DNA of 64,000 nucleotides from assembly GCF_045037415.1 (NCBI RefSeq), contig NZ_CP173438.1; one strand, 5' to 3'. Shown in pieces: positions 36,430 to 48,533 of this stretch. The stretch's first letter is position 1, and every line of letters begins with the position of its first letter. A program made the translations under genes and the position numbers. This DNA comes from Escherichia coli. GTDB lineage: Bacteria; Pseudomonadota; Gammaproteobacteria; Enterobacterales; Enterobacteriaceae. The notes under the pieces were generated by a model. The model saw nothing but the letters and a program-made list of their open reading frames with translations. It searched no databases and was not told where the DNA came from.

Positions 36430-36617
36430 ATACAGCATTTGCACTTGTTCTGACAGTTTTTCTTGTTTCCGGAGAGCCAGTTGATATTGCAGTCAGTGTT
36501 CACAGGACAATGCAGGAGTGTGTGACTGCAGCAACCGAACAGAAAATTCCCGGTAACTGTTACCCGGTCGATAAAGTTATTCACCAGGATAATAACGAAA
36601 TCCCGGCAGGTCTTTAA
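36426..36617 (+). CDS. Small hydrophobic N-terminus protein (63 aa)
   Basis: MNTAFALVLTVFLVSGEPVD... signal-peptide-like or TM N-terminus; SD AAAGGA. Confidence 0.5.
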   Translation: MNTAFALVLTVFLVSGEPVDIAVSVHRTMQECVTAATEQKIPGNCYPVDKVIHQDNNEIPAGL

Positions 36618-36709
36618 AACAGTTCCGTAATAAATATCCGGTTTCATTCTTATATGCCAGCAATGGCAGGGATTTGTTCACCCTTAAATCTGTAATGAGG
36701 TAAAACAAA

Positions 36710-39181
36710 ATGAGTAAAGTCTTTATTTGCGCCGCCATTCCGGACGAACAGGCAATAAAGGAAGAAGGTGCCGTCGCTGTAGCCACTGCCATTGAAGCCG
36801 GTGATGAACGTCGCGCCCGCGCAAAATTTCACTGGCAATTCCTGGAACATTATCCGGCTGCTCAGGACTGCGCTTATAAATTTCTTGTCTGCGAGGATAA
36901 ACCCGGTATACCCCGCCCTGCCCTCGATTCCTGGGATGCTGAATATATGCAGGAAAACCGCTGGGATGAGGAGTCTGCTTCCTTTGTCCCGGTTGAGACT
37001 GAATCCGATCCGATGAACGTCACTTTTGACAAGCTGGCCCCTGAAGTACAGAACGCTGTCATGGTTAAGTTCGACACATGTGAAAACATCACCGTTGATA
37101 TGGTTATTAGCGCACAGGAATTGTTGCAGGAAGACATGGCAACATTCGACGGACATATCGTTGAAGCGTTGATGAAAATGCCAGAAGTTAACGCCATGTA
37201 TCCGGAGCTTAAGCTGCATGCCATCGGGTGGGTTAAGCATAAATGTAAGCCTGGTGCCAAATGGCCCGAAATTCAGGCAGAGATGCGCATCTGGAAAAAA
37301 CGTCGTGAAGGTGAACGCAAGGAAACCGGAAAATACACGTCTGTTGTTGATCTCGCCCGCGCCAGAGCCAATCAACAGTACACTGAAAATTCAACAGGAA
37401 AAATCAGCCCGGTCATTGCTGCCATTCATCGCGAATACAAGCAGACATGGAAAACACTGGATGACGAACTGGCCTACGCTCTCTGGCCTGGTGATGTGGA
37501 TGCCGGAAACATTGACGGCAGCATCCATCGCTGGGCAAAAAATGAAGTTATCGACAACGACCGCGAAGACTGGAAGCGTATCTCGGCATCAATGCGCAAA
37601 CAGCCTGATGCCCTTCGCTACGACCGCCAGACTATTTTTGGCCTTGTCCGTGAACGTCCGATCGACATTCACAAAGACCCTGTGGCACTGAACAAATACA
37701 TTACTGAATACCTGACTACAAAGGGCGTGTTTGAAGATGAAGGAAGAAATCAGAGCGCAACTGATACTCTCTCGTCGCCAGTACCAGAAACTGATGCAGT
37801 GGAAACGGCAATTCCGGACAACGAAAAAACCGAATGCAAAGTGGAAGTCGAACCATCTGTAGAGCGTGAGGGGCCGTTCTACTTCCTCTTCACCGACAAG
37901 GATGGCGAAAAATACGGTCGCGCAAACAAACTTTCTGGTCTGGATAAGGCGCTGGCTGCCGGGGCAACTGAAATCACGAAAGAAGAATATTTTGCCCGCA
38001 AAAACGGCACATACACAGGTTCACAACAAAATACTGATGCATCTGACACGACCGCACAACCAGACCTGGTAAAAGTTACCGCTGACGAAGTAAACAAAAT
38101 TATGCAGGCAGCCAGTATCAGCCAGCCTGACGCTAATAAGTTGCTCGCTGCATCACGTGGTGAATTTGTTGAAGGGATTAGCGACCCGAATGATCCGAAA
38201 TGGGTGAAGGGGATTGAAACCCGCGATTCTGTGCACCAGAACCAGTCAGAAACGGAACAGTACGACCAAAAAGCGGAACAAAACAGCCAAAATGCGTTAC
38301 AAAACGAGCCAGAAACGAAACAACCTGAACCAGTCGTGCAACAGGAAGAGGAAAAAGTTTGTACCGCATGCAATCAGACTGGTGGTGGTAACTGCCCTGA
38401 TTGTGGCGCAGTGATGGGTGACGCAACCTACCAGGAGACATTCAACGAAGAAAGCCAGGATGAAGCCCGGGAAAAAGATCCAGAGGAAATAGAAAATGCC
38501 GGACTCCCGAACAAGGAGTGCACCGAAGGCGATCAACATGCCAATGACAATAATGAAATAGGCGAGACAGCAAATCCCTTAATTAAGGTGAACAGTCATC
38601 GTAAAAGCACATCCACCAGCAGGTTGTGGCACCATCTGATGATTGACCTTGAAACCATGGGAAAAAATCCTGATGCCCCGATTATCTCAATAGATGCAAT
38701 ATTTTTCGATCCGCAAACCGGAGATATGGGGCCGGAATTTAGTAAGACTATCGATCTGGAAACTGCTGGCGGAGTCATTGATCGTGACGTCATTAAAAGG
38801 TGGCTGAAGCAATCACGTGAAGCGCAGTCTGCCATTATGACCGATGAAATCCCGTTAGATGATGCACTGTTACAATTGCGGGAATTTATCGACGAAAACT
38901 CCGGTGAATTTTTTGTTCAGGTCTGGGGAAATGGAGCCAACTTCGAAAACACGATTTTGCGCCGTTCATACGAACGGCAGGGGATCCCCTGCCCATGGCG
39001 TTACTACAACGATCGCGATGTACGCACAATCGTTGAGCTGGGGAAAGCCATAGACTTCGATGCCAGAACGGCTATTCCATTCGAAGGTGAGCGCCATAAT
39101 GCACTTGATGACGCCCGTTACCAGGCAAAATACGTTTCAGTTATCTGGCAAAAACTGATCCCGAATCAGGCTGATTTTTAA
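36710..39181 (+). CDS. Large early protein: EaA-like N-terminal region, acidic linker with CxxC...CxxC zinc ribbon, C-terminal DEDDh 3'-5' exonuclease domain
   Basis: 823 aa; C-terminus has MIDLETMG (motif I), VWGNGANFE (motif II) and HNALDDARY (motif III). Confidence 0.7.
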   Translation: MSKVFICAAIPDEQAIKEEGAVAVATAIEAGDERRARAKFHWQFLEHYPAAQDCAYKFLVCEDKPGIPRPALDSWDAEYMQENRWDEESASFVPVETESDPMNVTFDKLAPEVQNAVMVKFDTCENITVDMVISAQELLQEDMATFDGHIVEALMKMPEVNAMYPELKLHAIGWVKHKCKPGAKWPEIQAEMRIWKKRREGERKETGKYTSVVDLARARANQQYTENSTGKISPVIAAIHREYKQTWKTLDDELAYALWPGDVDAGNIDGSIHRWAKNEVIDNDREDWKRISASMRKQPDALRYDRQTIFGLVRERPIDIHKDPVALNKYITEYLTTKGVFEDEGRNQSATDTLSSPVPETDAVETAIPDNEKTECKVEVEPSVEREGPFYFLFTDKDGEKYGRANKLSGLDKALAAGATEITKEEYFARKNGTYTGSQQNTDASDTTAQPDLVKVTADEVNKIMQAASISQPDANKLLAASRGEFVEGISDPNDPKWVKGIETRDSVHQNQSETEQYDQKAEQNSQNALQNEPETKQPEPVVQQEEEKVCTACNQTGGGNCPDCGAVMGDATYQETFNEESQDEAREKDPEEIENAGLPNKECTEGDQHANDNNEIGETANPLIKVNSHRKSTSTSRLWHHLMIDLETMGKNPDAPIISIDAIFFDPQTGDMGPEFSKTIDLETAGGVIDRDVIKRWLKQSREAQSAIMTDEIPLDDALLQLREFIDENSGEFFVQVWGNGANFENTILRRSYERQGIPCPWRYYNDRDVRTIVELGKAIDFDARTAIPFEGERHNALDDARYQAKYVSVIWQKLIPNQADF

Positions 39182-39245
39182 TGTTCAACCCCGGTCGTTG
39201 CCCACCAGCTATAGTGGCGGCGACCATGATTAGCGAACGACGCTC

Positions 39246-39494
39246 ATGGCAAGACTTATTCTGCTCACTGAGTGGGCAAAAGAGGAATTCAGTGAACCGG
39301 TCCCAACTCCGAGTACGTTAAGTAAATACGCTAAAGCCGGAATGATATTTCCTCTCCCCAAAAAAGTTGGAAGACGCTGGCGAGTGGATCCGCAAGCTCG
39401 CTTTGTCGGAATGGTAAACAAGCCGGAGGTGATCGCCACAGATCACCCTGCTTTGAAGAGGATACTGGAAGATGGCGCGCCCGCGAAAATATAA
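39246..39494 (+). CDS. xis: Excisionase (lambda Xis-like)
   Basis: 82 aa; LLTEWAKEE...IFPLPKKVGRRWRV resembles lambda Xis; overlaps the int start. Confidence 0.75.
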   Translation: MARLILLTEWAKEEFSEPVPTPSTLSKYAKAGMIFPLPKKVGRRWRVDPQARFVGMVNKPEVIATDHPALKRILEDGAPAKI

Positions 39495-40602
39495 AACCAA
39501 TGTTCCGGGATTATCTCCGTATTTTGACAAAAGAAATAACAAAGTTTACTGGCGTTACAGGCATCCCATAACAGGCAAAAATCACGGTCTCGGCAGTATT
39601 GACCAGAAACTGGCAGAAACTATTGCAGCAGAAGCGAACAGCCGTCTTGCCCGGCAGCAAATGGAACAAATGCTCAGTCTGCAGGAGAAAATTATTAGTG
39701 ATACCGGCGGTTCATCAACCGTTACCATTTTTCTGAATAATTACAGAAAAATTCAACAGGAAAGATATGAAAACGGCGAGATCAAACTCAACACGCTGAA
39801 ACAGAAAGCGGCCCCTCTCAGGGTATTTGATGAACGTTTTGGCACCAGACCGTTAGATGCCATAACCGTAAAAGATGTGGTATCAGTACTGGAAGAGTAC
39901 AAGGCCAGAGGACATAACAGAATGGGACAAATTTTCAGGAAGGTACTGATCGATGTTTTCCGGGAAGCTCAGCAAACGGGCGATGTCCCGCCAGGCTTTA
40001 ACCCTGCAGAATCGGCAAAAAAACCGCAGGTGCGGATATCAAGACAGCGACTGACTTTTGATGAGTGGATGATGATTTATAACGCAGCGGAAAAGGATGG
40101 TTACTTTTTACAGCGCGGTATGCTGCTGGCACTGATGACAGGCCAGCGCCTTTCAGATATTTGCAAAATGCAATTTTCGGATATCCGGGATGGTTATCTT
40201 CATGTCGAACAGCAAAAAACAGGAACCCGGATTGCCATCCCTCTGGCTCTGCGTTGCGATAAATTAAATCTCACCCTAGATGATGTGGTGTCATCCTGCC
40301 GCGATTGCGTTCTTAGTCCGTGGCTATTGCACCACCATCACGCGAAAGGGACAGCTAAGCGCGGCGGGATGGTTAAGCCAGCAACATTAACCGTTGCATT
40401 TAAAAAAGCCCGGGATTCTGTGGATTACAACTGGCGTGCTAATGGCACCCCACCCTCTTTCCATGAGCAGAGATCTTTATCAGAGCGATTGTTCAGAGAG
40501 CAGGGGGTTGATACCAAAATTTTGCTGGGCCATTCGAATCAAAAAATGACCGATATTTACAACGACGCACGCGGTAAGGAATGGAAAAAACTGGTCATTT
40601 GA
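39472..40602 (+). CDS. int: Tyrosine integrase (lambda Int family)
   Basis: 376 aa; closely parallels lambda Int (DGYLHVEQQKTGTRIAIP, HEQRSLSERL, LLGHSNQKMTDIYNDARGKEW). Confidence 0.9.
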   Translation: MARPRKYKTNVPGLSPYFDKRNNKVYWRYRHPITGKNHGLGSIDQKLAETIAAEANSRLARQQMEQMLSLQEKIISDTGGSSTVTIFLNNYRKIQQERYENGEIKLNTLKQKAAPLRVFDERFGTRPLDAITVKDVVSVLEEYKARGHNRMGQIFRKVLIDVFREAQQTGDVPPGFNPAESAKKPQVRISRQRLTFDEWMMIYNAAEKDGYFLQRGMLLALMTGQRLSDICKMQFSDIRDGYLHVEQQKTGTRIAIPLALRCDKLNLTLDDVVSSCRDCVLSPWLLHHHHAKGTAKRGGMVKPATLTVAFKKARDSVDYNWRANGTPPSFHEQRSLSERLFREQGVDTKILLGHSNQKMTDIYNDARGKEWKKLVI

Positions 40603-40613
40603 TGACCAGTTTT
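40591..40613. terminator. Bidirectional intrinsic terminator spanning the int stop codon (shared with ompW)
   Basis: CTGGTCAT-ttg-ATGACCAG flanked by A6 upstream and TTTT downstream. Confidence 0.55.
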
Positions 40614-40644
40614 GCAGAGGGGTTTTGCAGAGGTTTTGCAGAGA
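40610..40644. repeat. Three tandem copies of an 11-mer TTTTGCAGAGG between int and ompW (candidate attR region)
   Basis: TTTTGCAGAGG-gg-TTTTGCAGAGG-TTTTGCAGAGA. Confidence 0.8.
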
Positions 40645-40647
40645 AAA

Positions 40648-41286
40648 TTAAAAACGATATCCTGCGGAGAACATAAACACCCACGGATCCAGTCGTACCG
40701 AGTCTTTTACGGTAGTAACACCAGATTTGTACTTAGCCGTGGTATCGATATCCATGTACCAGACTGACATATTCAGCAACCAGTCACGGTTGATGAGATA
40801 ATCCAGGCCTACTTGCCCCGCCACGCCCCATGAATCCTTCAGACTAAGGTCAGATAAACCAAGACCTTCACCGGTGTCATTGAAGTCATTATTAAAAAAG
40901 GTGGTGTAGTTAATACCCGCACCAATGTAAGGACGGAATTTACTGCCAGAATCGCCAAAATACCATTGTGCCATCAGTGTTGGCGGTAAATGATGGACTG
41001 TCGCAATATCCCCGGTTGTGGCTGTGCCAACTTTATGACGAAACGGCGATGCCGCCAGTAATTCCACACCAATGTTGTCGGTCGCCATATAAGTAAACGT
41101 CAGGCCCAGTTGAGTGTTATTGGTCACGCTGAATCCACCCAAACTTCCTAACGTACCACCAGCACCTTCTGTTGGACGTACGGTTGCAGAACCAGCACGC
41201 ATAAAAAATTCGCCTGCTTCATGCGCAAAGGCACTGCCAGAGAGAAGAGTTGTTACTGCCAAAGCCGCCACTGTTAACTTTTTCAT
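40648..41286 (-). CDS. ompW: Outer membrane protein W
   Basis: 212 aa from MKKLTVAALAVTTLLSGSAFA; C-terminal DPWVFMFSAGYRF. Confidence 0.9.
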   Translation of the reverse strand: MKKLTVAALAVTTLLSGSAFAHEAGEFFMRAGSATVRPTEGAGGTLGSLGGFSVTNNTQLGLTFTYMATDNIGVELLAASPFRHKVGTATTGDIATVHHLPPTLMAQWYFGDSGSKFRPYIGAGINYTTFFNNDFNDTGEGLGLSDLSLKDSWGVAGQVGLDYLINRDWLLNMSVWYMDIDTTAKYKSGVTTVKDSVRLDPWVFMFSAGYRF

Positions 41287-41641
41287 ATCCGCTCCGTCGT
41301 TATGGTTATAAAAACGTGACGAATATACCCACATTGGGGTAACAAATGATCCTACACAGATCACATTACATATGGTAATTCACCCTTTATTGATCTAGAT
41401 TAATTTAGAAGTTGCATTGAAAATCCTGGTTAATGTGATTTAAATCAATTTTTATATATTTCGCTACGCAAATATTAACTCGCTCGCCACTTGCAGCGGT
41501 TTACCCACGCCTGAAGGCCAGCAATTACCTCCGCTTTACAAAGATATGCTTTTCCATACAAGACCTGATGCTGCCACCCGGGGCTTAACCAGGGTACAAT
41601 TGCCCGCTAATTAACACCTGCATAAAACTCAAGGAGAGTGC

Positions 41642-42385
41642 ATGTCTATCACGGCGCAGTCCGTATACCGTGACACCGGAAATTTCTTCCGTAATCAATT
41701 TATGACCATTCTGTTGGTATCGTTGCTATGTGCGTTTATCACAGTGGTGTTAGGGCATGTTTTCTCACCCAGTGATGCACAGCTTGCGCAGCTCAATGAC
41801 GGCGTACCCGTTAGCGGCAGTAGTGGGTTGTTCGACCTGGTTCAGAATATGTCACCGGAACAGCAACAAATTTTGCTGCAGGCTTCAGCGGCGTCCACTT
41901 TTTCAGGATTAATCGGTAACGCCATTCTCGCCGGGGGCGTAATATTAATTATCCAGCTGGTGTCTGCGGGTCAGAGAGTCAGTGCGCTGCGAGCTATTGG
42001 TGCCAGTGCGCCGATATTGCCAAAGTTATTTATTCTGATTTTTCTGACTACCCTTTTAGTACAGATTGGCATCATGCTGGTGGTCGTTCCGGGAATTATC
42101 ATGGCCATTTTACTGGCTCTGGCACCGGTGATGCTGGTACAGGACAAAATGGGCGTTTTTGCCTCGATGCGTAGCAGTATGCGGCTGACATGGGCGAATA
42201 TGCGTCTGGTGGCACCCGCAGTACTGAGCTGGTTGCTGGCAAAAACACTGTTGCTGCTTTTTGCCTCTTCTTTTGCCGCATTAACCCCGGAAATTGGTGC
42301 CGTACTGGCGAACACCTTGAGCAACCTGATTTCAGCCGTATTGCTCATCTATCTGTTCCGCCTGTATATGTTGATTCGCCAATAA
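41642..42385 (+). CDS. yciC: Inner membrane protein YciC
   Basis: 247 aa multi-TM protein in conserved position. Confidence 0.85.
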   Translation: MSITAQSVYRDTGNFFRNQFMTILLVSLLCAFITVVLGHVFSPSDAQLAQLNDGVPVSGSSGLFDLVQNMSPEQQQILLQASAASTFSGLIGNAILAGGVILIIQLVSAGQRVSALRAIGASAPILPKLFILIFLTTLLVQIGIMLVVVPGIIMAILLALAPVMLVQDKMGVFASMRSSMRLTWANMRLVAPAVLSWLLAKTLLLLFASSFAALTPEIGAVLANTLSNLISAVLLIYLFRLYMLIRQ

Positions 42386-42414
42386 CCTTAAGCATTTGAT
42401 TACGGAATCATAAA

Positions 42415-42954
42415 ATGAAGCAGTTTCTTGATTTTTTACCGCTGGTTGTCTTTTTCGCGTTTTACAAGATTTATGACATCTATGCGGCTACTGCGGCGCT
42501 GATCGTCGCCACGGCGATTGTGCTTATCTATAGCTGGGTTCGCTTTCGTAAGGTTGAGAAGATGGCCCTGATCACTTTTGTTCTGGTGGTCGTCTTCGGT
42601 GGCTTGACGCTGTTCTTTCACAATGATGAGTTTATTAAATGGAAGGTTACTGTCATTTATGCCCTGTTTGCGGGTGCCCTGTTAGTCAGTCAATGGGTGA
42701 TGAAAAAGCCGCTAATTCAGCGGATGCTGGGTAAAGAACTCACCCTGCCGCAATCGGTATGGTCGAAGCTGAATCTGGCCTGGGCTGTTTTCTTTATCCT
42801 TTGCGGCCTGGCAAACATCTACATCGCATTCTGGCTGCCGCAAAATATTTGGGTCAACTTTAAAGTCTTTGGCCTGACCGCCCTTACCTTAATCTTCACA
42901 TTGTTAAGCGGTATCTATATCTACCGCCACATGCCGCAGGAAGATAAATCCTAA
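42415..42954 (+). CDS. yciB: Intracellular septation protein A (YciB)
   Basis: 179 aa, [23 protein letters not shown]... Confidence 0.9.
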   Translation: MKQFLDFLPLVVFFAFYKIYDIYAATAALIVATAIVLIYSWVRFRKVEKMALITFVLVVVFGGLTLFFHNDEFIKWKVTVIYALFAGALLVSQWVMKKPLIQRMLGKELTLPQSVWSKLNLAWAVFFILCGLANIYIAFWLPQNIWVNFKVFGLTALTLIFTLLSGIYIYRHMPQEDKS

Positions 42955-43058
42955 CCAGACTGCCAGTCCTTCGGGGCTGGCGCTGTATCTCCTCTGTTCT
43001 CCTCAGGAAAATCATAGTAGCATCGCGCCTGTGATTTTCCTTTTAAGTCGGTTTTACC

Positions 43059-43457
43059 ATGTCTACAGCACATAACGTCCCTCAGGGCGATCTTGTTTTA
43101 CGTACTTTAGCCATGCCCGCCGATACCAATGCCAATGGTGACATCTTTGGTGGTTGGTTAATGTCACAAATGGATATTGGCGGCGCTATTCTGGCGAAAG
43201 AAATTGCCCACGGTCGTGTAGTGACCGTGCGGGTTGAAGGAATGACTTTCTTACGGCCGGTTGCGGTCGGCGATGTGGTGTGCTGCTATGCACGCTGTGT
43301 CCAGAAAGGGACGACATCAGTCAGCATTAATATTGAAGTGTGGGTGAAAAAAGTGGCGTCAGAACCAATCGGGCAACGCTATAAAGCAACAGAAGCATTA
43401 TTTAAGTATGTCGCGGTTGATCCCGAAGGAAAACCTCGCGCCTTACCCGTTGAGTAA
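43059..43457 (+). CDS. yciA: Acyl-CoA thioesterase YciA
   Basis: 132 aa hotdog-fold thioesterase. Confidence 0.9.
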   Translation: MSTAHNVPQGDLVLRTLAMPADTNANGDIFGGWLMSQMDIGGAILAKEIAHGRVVTVRVEGMTFLRPVAVGDVVCCYARCVQKGTTSVSINIEVWVKKVASEPIGQRYKATEALFKYVAVDPEGKPRALPVE

Positions 43458-43496
43458 TAATCAAAAGCCTCCGGTCGGAGGCTTTTGACTTTATGC

Positions 43497-44216
43497 TTAC
43501 TGAATTTCGGTAGTGCCGTTAATTTTAAACAGGATATTCACCACAATCCCACTGCCTGGCTTACCCGGCTCATAACGCCATCTGCGCATCGCATTTTTCA
43601 CTTCACGCTCAAACATGTTCGCAGGCTTGGCTGAGAGGATTTGTACGTTATCCACGCGACCATCTGGCGTGACATCAAATTTAACTTTAACCTGCCCTTC
43701 AATGCGCAATGCCTGTGCTCGTGCCGGATACTGCGGCTGATTACGGCTTAATGCGCGTGGTCCTGAAGCCACACTGGTAACCGGCTTGCTGGTTGCAGCC
43801 GTTGCCGTACTTGATGTCGGGCGCGCGGGTGCCGTATTTTCAAACGGTGATGCCGGACGCGACTCTACGGGTTTGACATCGCGTTTTGGCTGCTCCACCT
43901 TTTTCACCGGCTTCGGTTTTGGCTTTGGTTTCGGCTTCGGCTTTTCAATGACCACCGGAGCTTCTTTTGGCGGTTCAGGGATCGGCTCAGGTTCCGGTTC
44001 TGGCTCTACCACCGGCTCCGGTGGTGGTTGAACGGCTTGTGGCGGTTCAAGATCAGCAGGCGCAACCATCGTGACAGAAATCGGCTGCGCAGGCGCAGGT
44101 AGTTCAATAACCTGATGTACCGAGGTATAGAGCAAACCCGCCACAACAGCACCATGAATGCAGACCGAAAGTAACGTCGGCCAGGGGAAGCGGCGAGGTA
44201 AATCAAGGGTCATTGA
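43497..44216 (-). CDS. tonB: TonB energy transducer
   Basis: Start at internal [14 protein letters not shown]; Pro-rich EP/KP repeats. Confidence 0.9.
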   Translation of the reverse strand, partial: SMTLDLPRRFPWPTLLSVCIHGAVVAGLLYTSVHQVIELPAPAQPISVTMVAPADLEPPQAVQPPPEPVVEPEPEPEPIPEPPKEAPVVIEKPKPKPKPKPKPVKKVEQPKRDVKPVESRPASPFENTAPARPTSSTATAATSKPVTSVASGPRALSRNQPQYPARAQALRIEGQVKVKFDVTPDGRVDNVQILSAKPANMFEREVKNAMRRWRYEPGKPGSGIVVNILFKINGTTEIQ

Positions 44217-44436
44217 AGTCATAATCATTTCAGTAGAAAAACCAGGCCCCGATTTTAAATGCAAATAGCAATCATATTCAATAAGGCAAGACGATCAGGA
44301 TCAGTGAAAATGTCATTTTTGGCGTAATTGACCTTACTTTATGCATGGTCTTAACAAAGACATCATCTTTCCGTTGCAGATCTTCGCCCTTTCAAATAAC
44401 GTACTTTACAACTTTCCCGAACAAGGAGTTGTGCCT

Positions 44437-44733
44437 GTGTTGTATGTTATTTACGCTCAAGACAAAGCTGATAGCCTCGAAAAACGCCTTTCCGTTCGTC
44501 CGGCACATCTAGCACGTTTACAGTTACTGCATGATGAAGGTCGTTTGTTGACCGCCGGTCCAATGCCAGCGGTAGACAGTAACGATCCAGGGGCTGCGGG
44601 ATTTACTGGCTCAACCGTTATTGCTGAATTTGAGTCGCTGGAAGCAGCTCAGGCCTGGGCCGATGCTGACCCGTACGTAGCGGCAGGAGTCTATGAACAC
44701 GTTTCAGTGAAACCATTTAAGAAAGTGTTCTGA
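44437..44733 (+). CDS. yciI: YciI-like protein (probable GTG start)
   Basis: 98 aa ending ...[13 protein letters not shown]. Confidence 0.75.
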
Positions 44734-45032
44734 ATAGAAATTCAATATTTAAGGGCACGGTTTTTGCAACCGTGTTCTTGTTTGGCCTTTCCTTATAGGT
44801 CGGTCAGTGCATTCACCACCACAAGCAGATAATAACTTTATCTGTATTTCTTTATATGATGTGAACATATTCAGGAAAATGCCCTTTCCTGACGCAGAGT
44901 TGCTCACTCAAAACCTTTGATTACTGCGGATAAAGTCATCTACTATTGTTTAACACATTCACGAGCTGCATGTATGTTCAGAAAATGTGCACGTTGAGAT
45001 AATTAAACAAAATTGTGGTTACAGAGGTATCA

Positions 45033-46286
45033 GTGAGTCACTGGACTACATTCAAACAAACAGCAACAAAGTTATGGGTGACCCTACGGCACGACATTCT
45101 CGCGCTGGCCGTCTTTTTAAATGGATTGCTTATTTTTAAAACAATCTATGGTATGTCGGTCAATTTGCTTGATATTTTCCATATCAAAGCATTTTCAGAG
45201 CTGGATCTCTCCTTGCTGGCAAACGCCCCACTATTTATGCTCGGCGTATTTCTTGTCCTGAACTCCATTGGCTTACTGTTCCGGGCAAAGCTCGCATGGG
45301 CAATCAGTATCATTTTGTTGTTGATAGCGCTAATTTACACTCTGCATTTTTATCCCTGGCTGAAATTTAGTATTGGATTTTGCATTTTTACGCTGGTGTT
45401 TTTGCTGATACTGAGCAAAGACTTCTCCCACAGTAGCGCAGCAGCCGGGACAATTTTCGCATTTATTAGTTTCACGACGTTACTGTTTTACTCCACTTAC
45501 GGTGCGCTTTATTTAAGCGAAGGTTTTAATCCGCGAATAGAAAGTTTGATGACCGCGTTCTATTTTTCGATAGAAACCATGTCAACCGTCGGCTATGGCG
45601 ATATTGTCCCTGTTTCTGAATCAGCACGATTGTTCACTATTTCGGTCATTATTTCCGGCATTACCGTTTTTGCCACATCTATGACCTCAATTTTTGGTCC
45701 GCTTATCCGCGGGGGATTCAACAAACTTGTAAAAGGAAACAATCATACAATGCATCGTAAAGATCATTTTATTGTTTGCGGACATTCGATTCTCGCCATC
45801 AATACGATTCTGCAACTGAATCAACGCGGACAAAACGTAACGGTTATCAGCAACTTGCCTGAAGATGATATCAAGCAACTTGAGCAACGCTTAGGCGATA
45901 ACGCCGATGTTATCCCCGGTGACAGTAATGACAGTTCAGTGTTAAAGAAAGCGGGAATCGATCGTTGCCGGGCCATTCTGGCGCTGAGTGATAACGATGC
46001 AGATAACGCGTTTGTTGTACTCTCGGCAAAAGATATGAGCAGTGATGTCAAAACAGTTCTTGCCGTCAGTGATAGCAAAAACCTGAATAAGATTAAGATG
46101 GTACATCCGGATATCATTCTCTCACCACAACTGTTTGGCAGCGAAATTCTGGCGCGAGTTTTAAATGGTGAAGAGATTAATAATGATATGCTCGTTTCAA
46201 TGTTGTTGAACTCCGGTCATGGCATTTTCAGCGATAACGATGAACAAGAAACGAAAGCTGACAGTAAAGAATCGGCGCAAAAATAG
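45033..46286 (+). CDS. kch: Voltage-gated K+ channel Kch (probable GTG start)
   Basis: TVGYGD selectivity filter; 417 aa from (M)SHWTTFKQTATKLW. Confidence 0.85.
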   Translation: MSHWTTFKQTATKLWVTLRHDILALAVFLNGLLIFKTIYGMSVNLLDIFHIKAFSELDLSLLANAPLFMLGVFLVLNSIGLLFRAKLAWAISIILLLIALIYTLHFYPWLKFSIGFCIFTLVFLLILSKDFSHSSAAAGTIFAFISFTTLLFYSTYGALYLSEGFNPRIESLMTAFYFSIETMSTVGYGDIVPVSESARLFTISVIISGITVFATSMTSIFGPLIRGGFNKLVKGNNHTMHRKDHFIVCGHSILAINTILQLNQRGQNVTVISNLPEDDIKQLEQRLGDNADVIPGDSNDSSVLKKAGIDRCRAILALSDNDADNAFVVLSAKDMSSDVKTVLAVSDSKNLNKIKMVHPDIILSPQLFGSEILARVLNGEEINNDMLVSMLLNSGHGIFSDNDEQETKADSKESAQK

Positions 46287-46656
46287 AGTTTAAAGACGGA
46301 AGAGTAAACTTATTGGGCACCGCAATGGTGCCCAGTACATTTAGATATTGTAGATCGCAAACAATAACGAGTTACGCTGTTTGTTTAGAATGCACTTCCT
46401 GATGCTGTGGATACGCATATTTCGGCGCGACTGCCCCTCAAGCCAACGCGATTTACGTCGGCTAGCCTGACGCTGCATGCGCCAGCGCCCCACTTCCGTT
46501 CTACTCCGCTTCATGTTAACTACTCTATGCAACAACAGAATGGTCATTATACCCCCGCCCCTGACGCTGACCAGTGCTTTTCCCTCGTTTTTATTTGCCA
46601 GATGAATCCATATGCGTAAACTCATAACAATGCGCTTTCAAAAGGATTTCTAATCT

Positions 46657-48481
<1,825 letters not shown>

Positions 48482-48533
48482 ATAATCGCTTTTGGCGTGA
48501 ATAAGGGCTGACAACTGTCAGCCCTTATTGCTT

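Larger units (their letters stand above)
1..40647. mobile_element. Lambdoid prophage, right ~40 kb (left end beyond window start); right boundary between int stop and ompW stop
   Basis: Contiguous phage tail, head, lysis, regulatory, replication, immunity and integration genes; int stop at 40602 lies 45 bp from the ompW stop. Confidence 0.9.

Noticed and set aside
36042-36647. 201-aa minus-strand Cys-rich ORF
   Set aside because: Antisense to two plus-strand small genes that have good SDs; low-complexity composition and no RBS.
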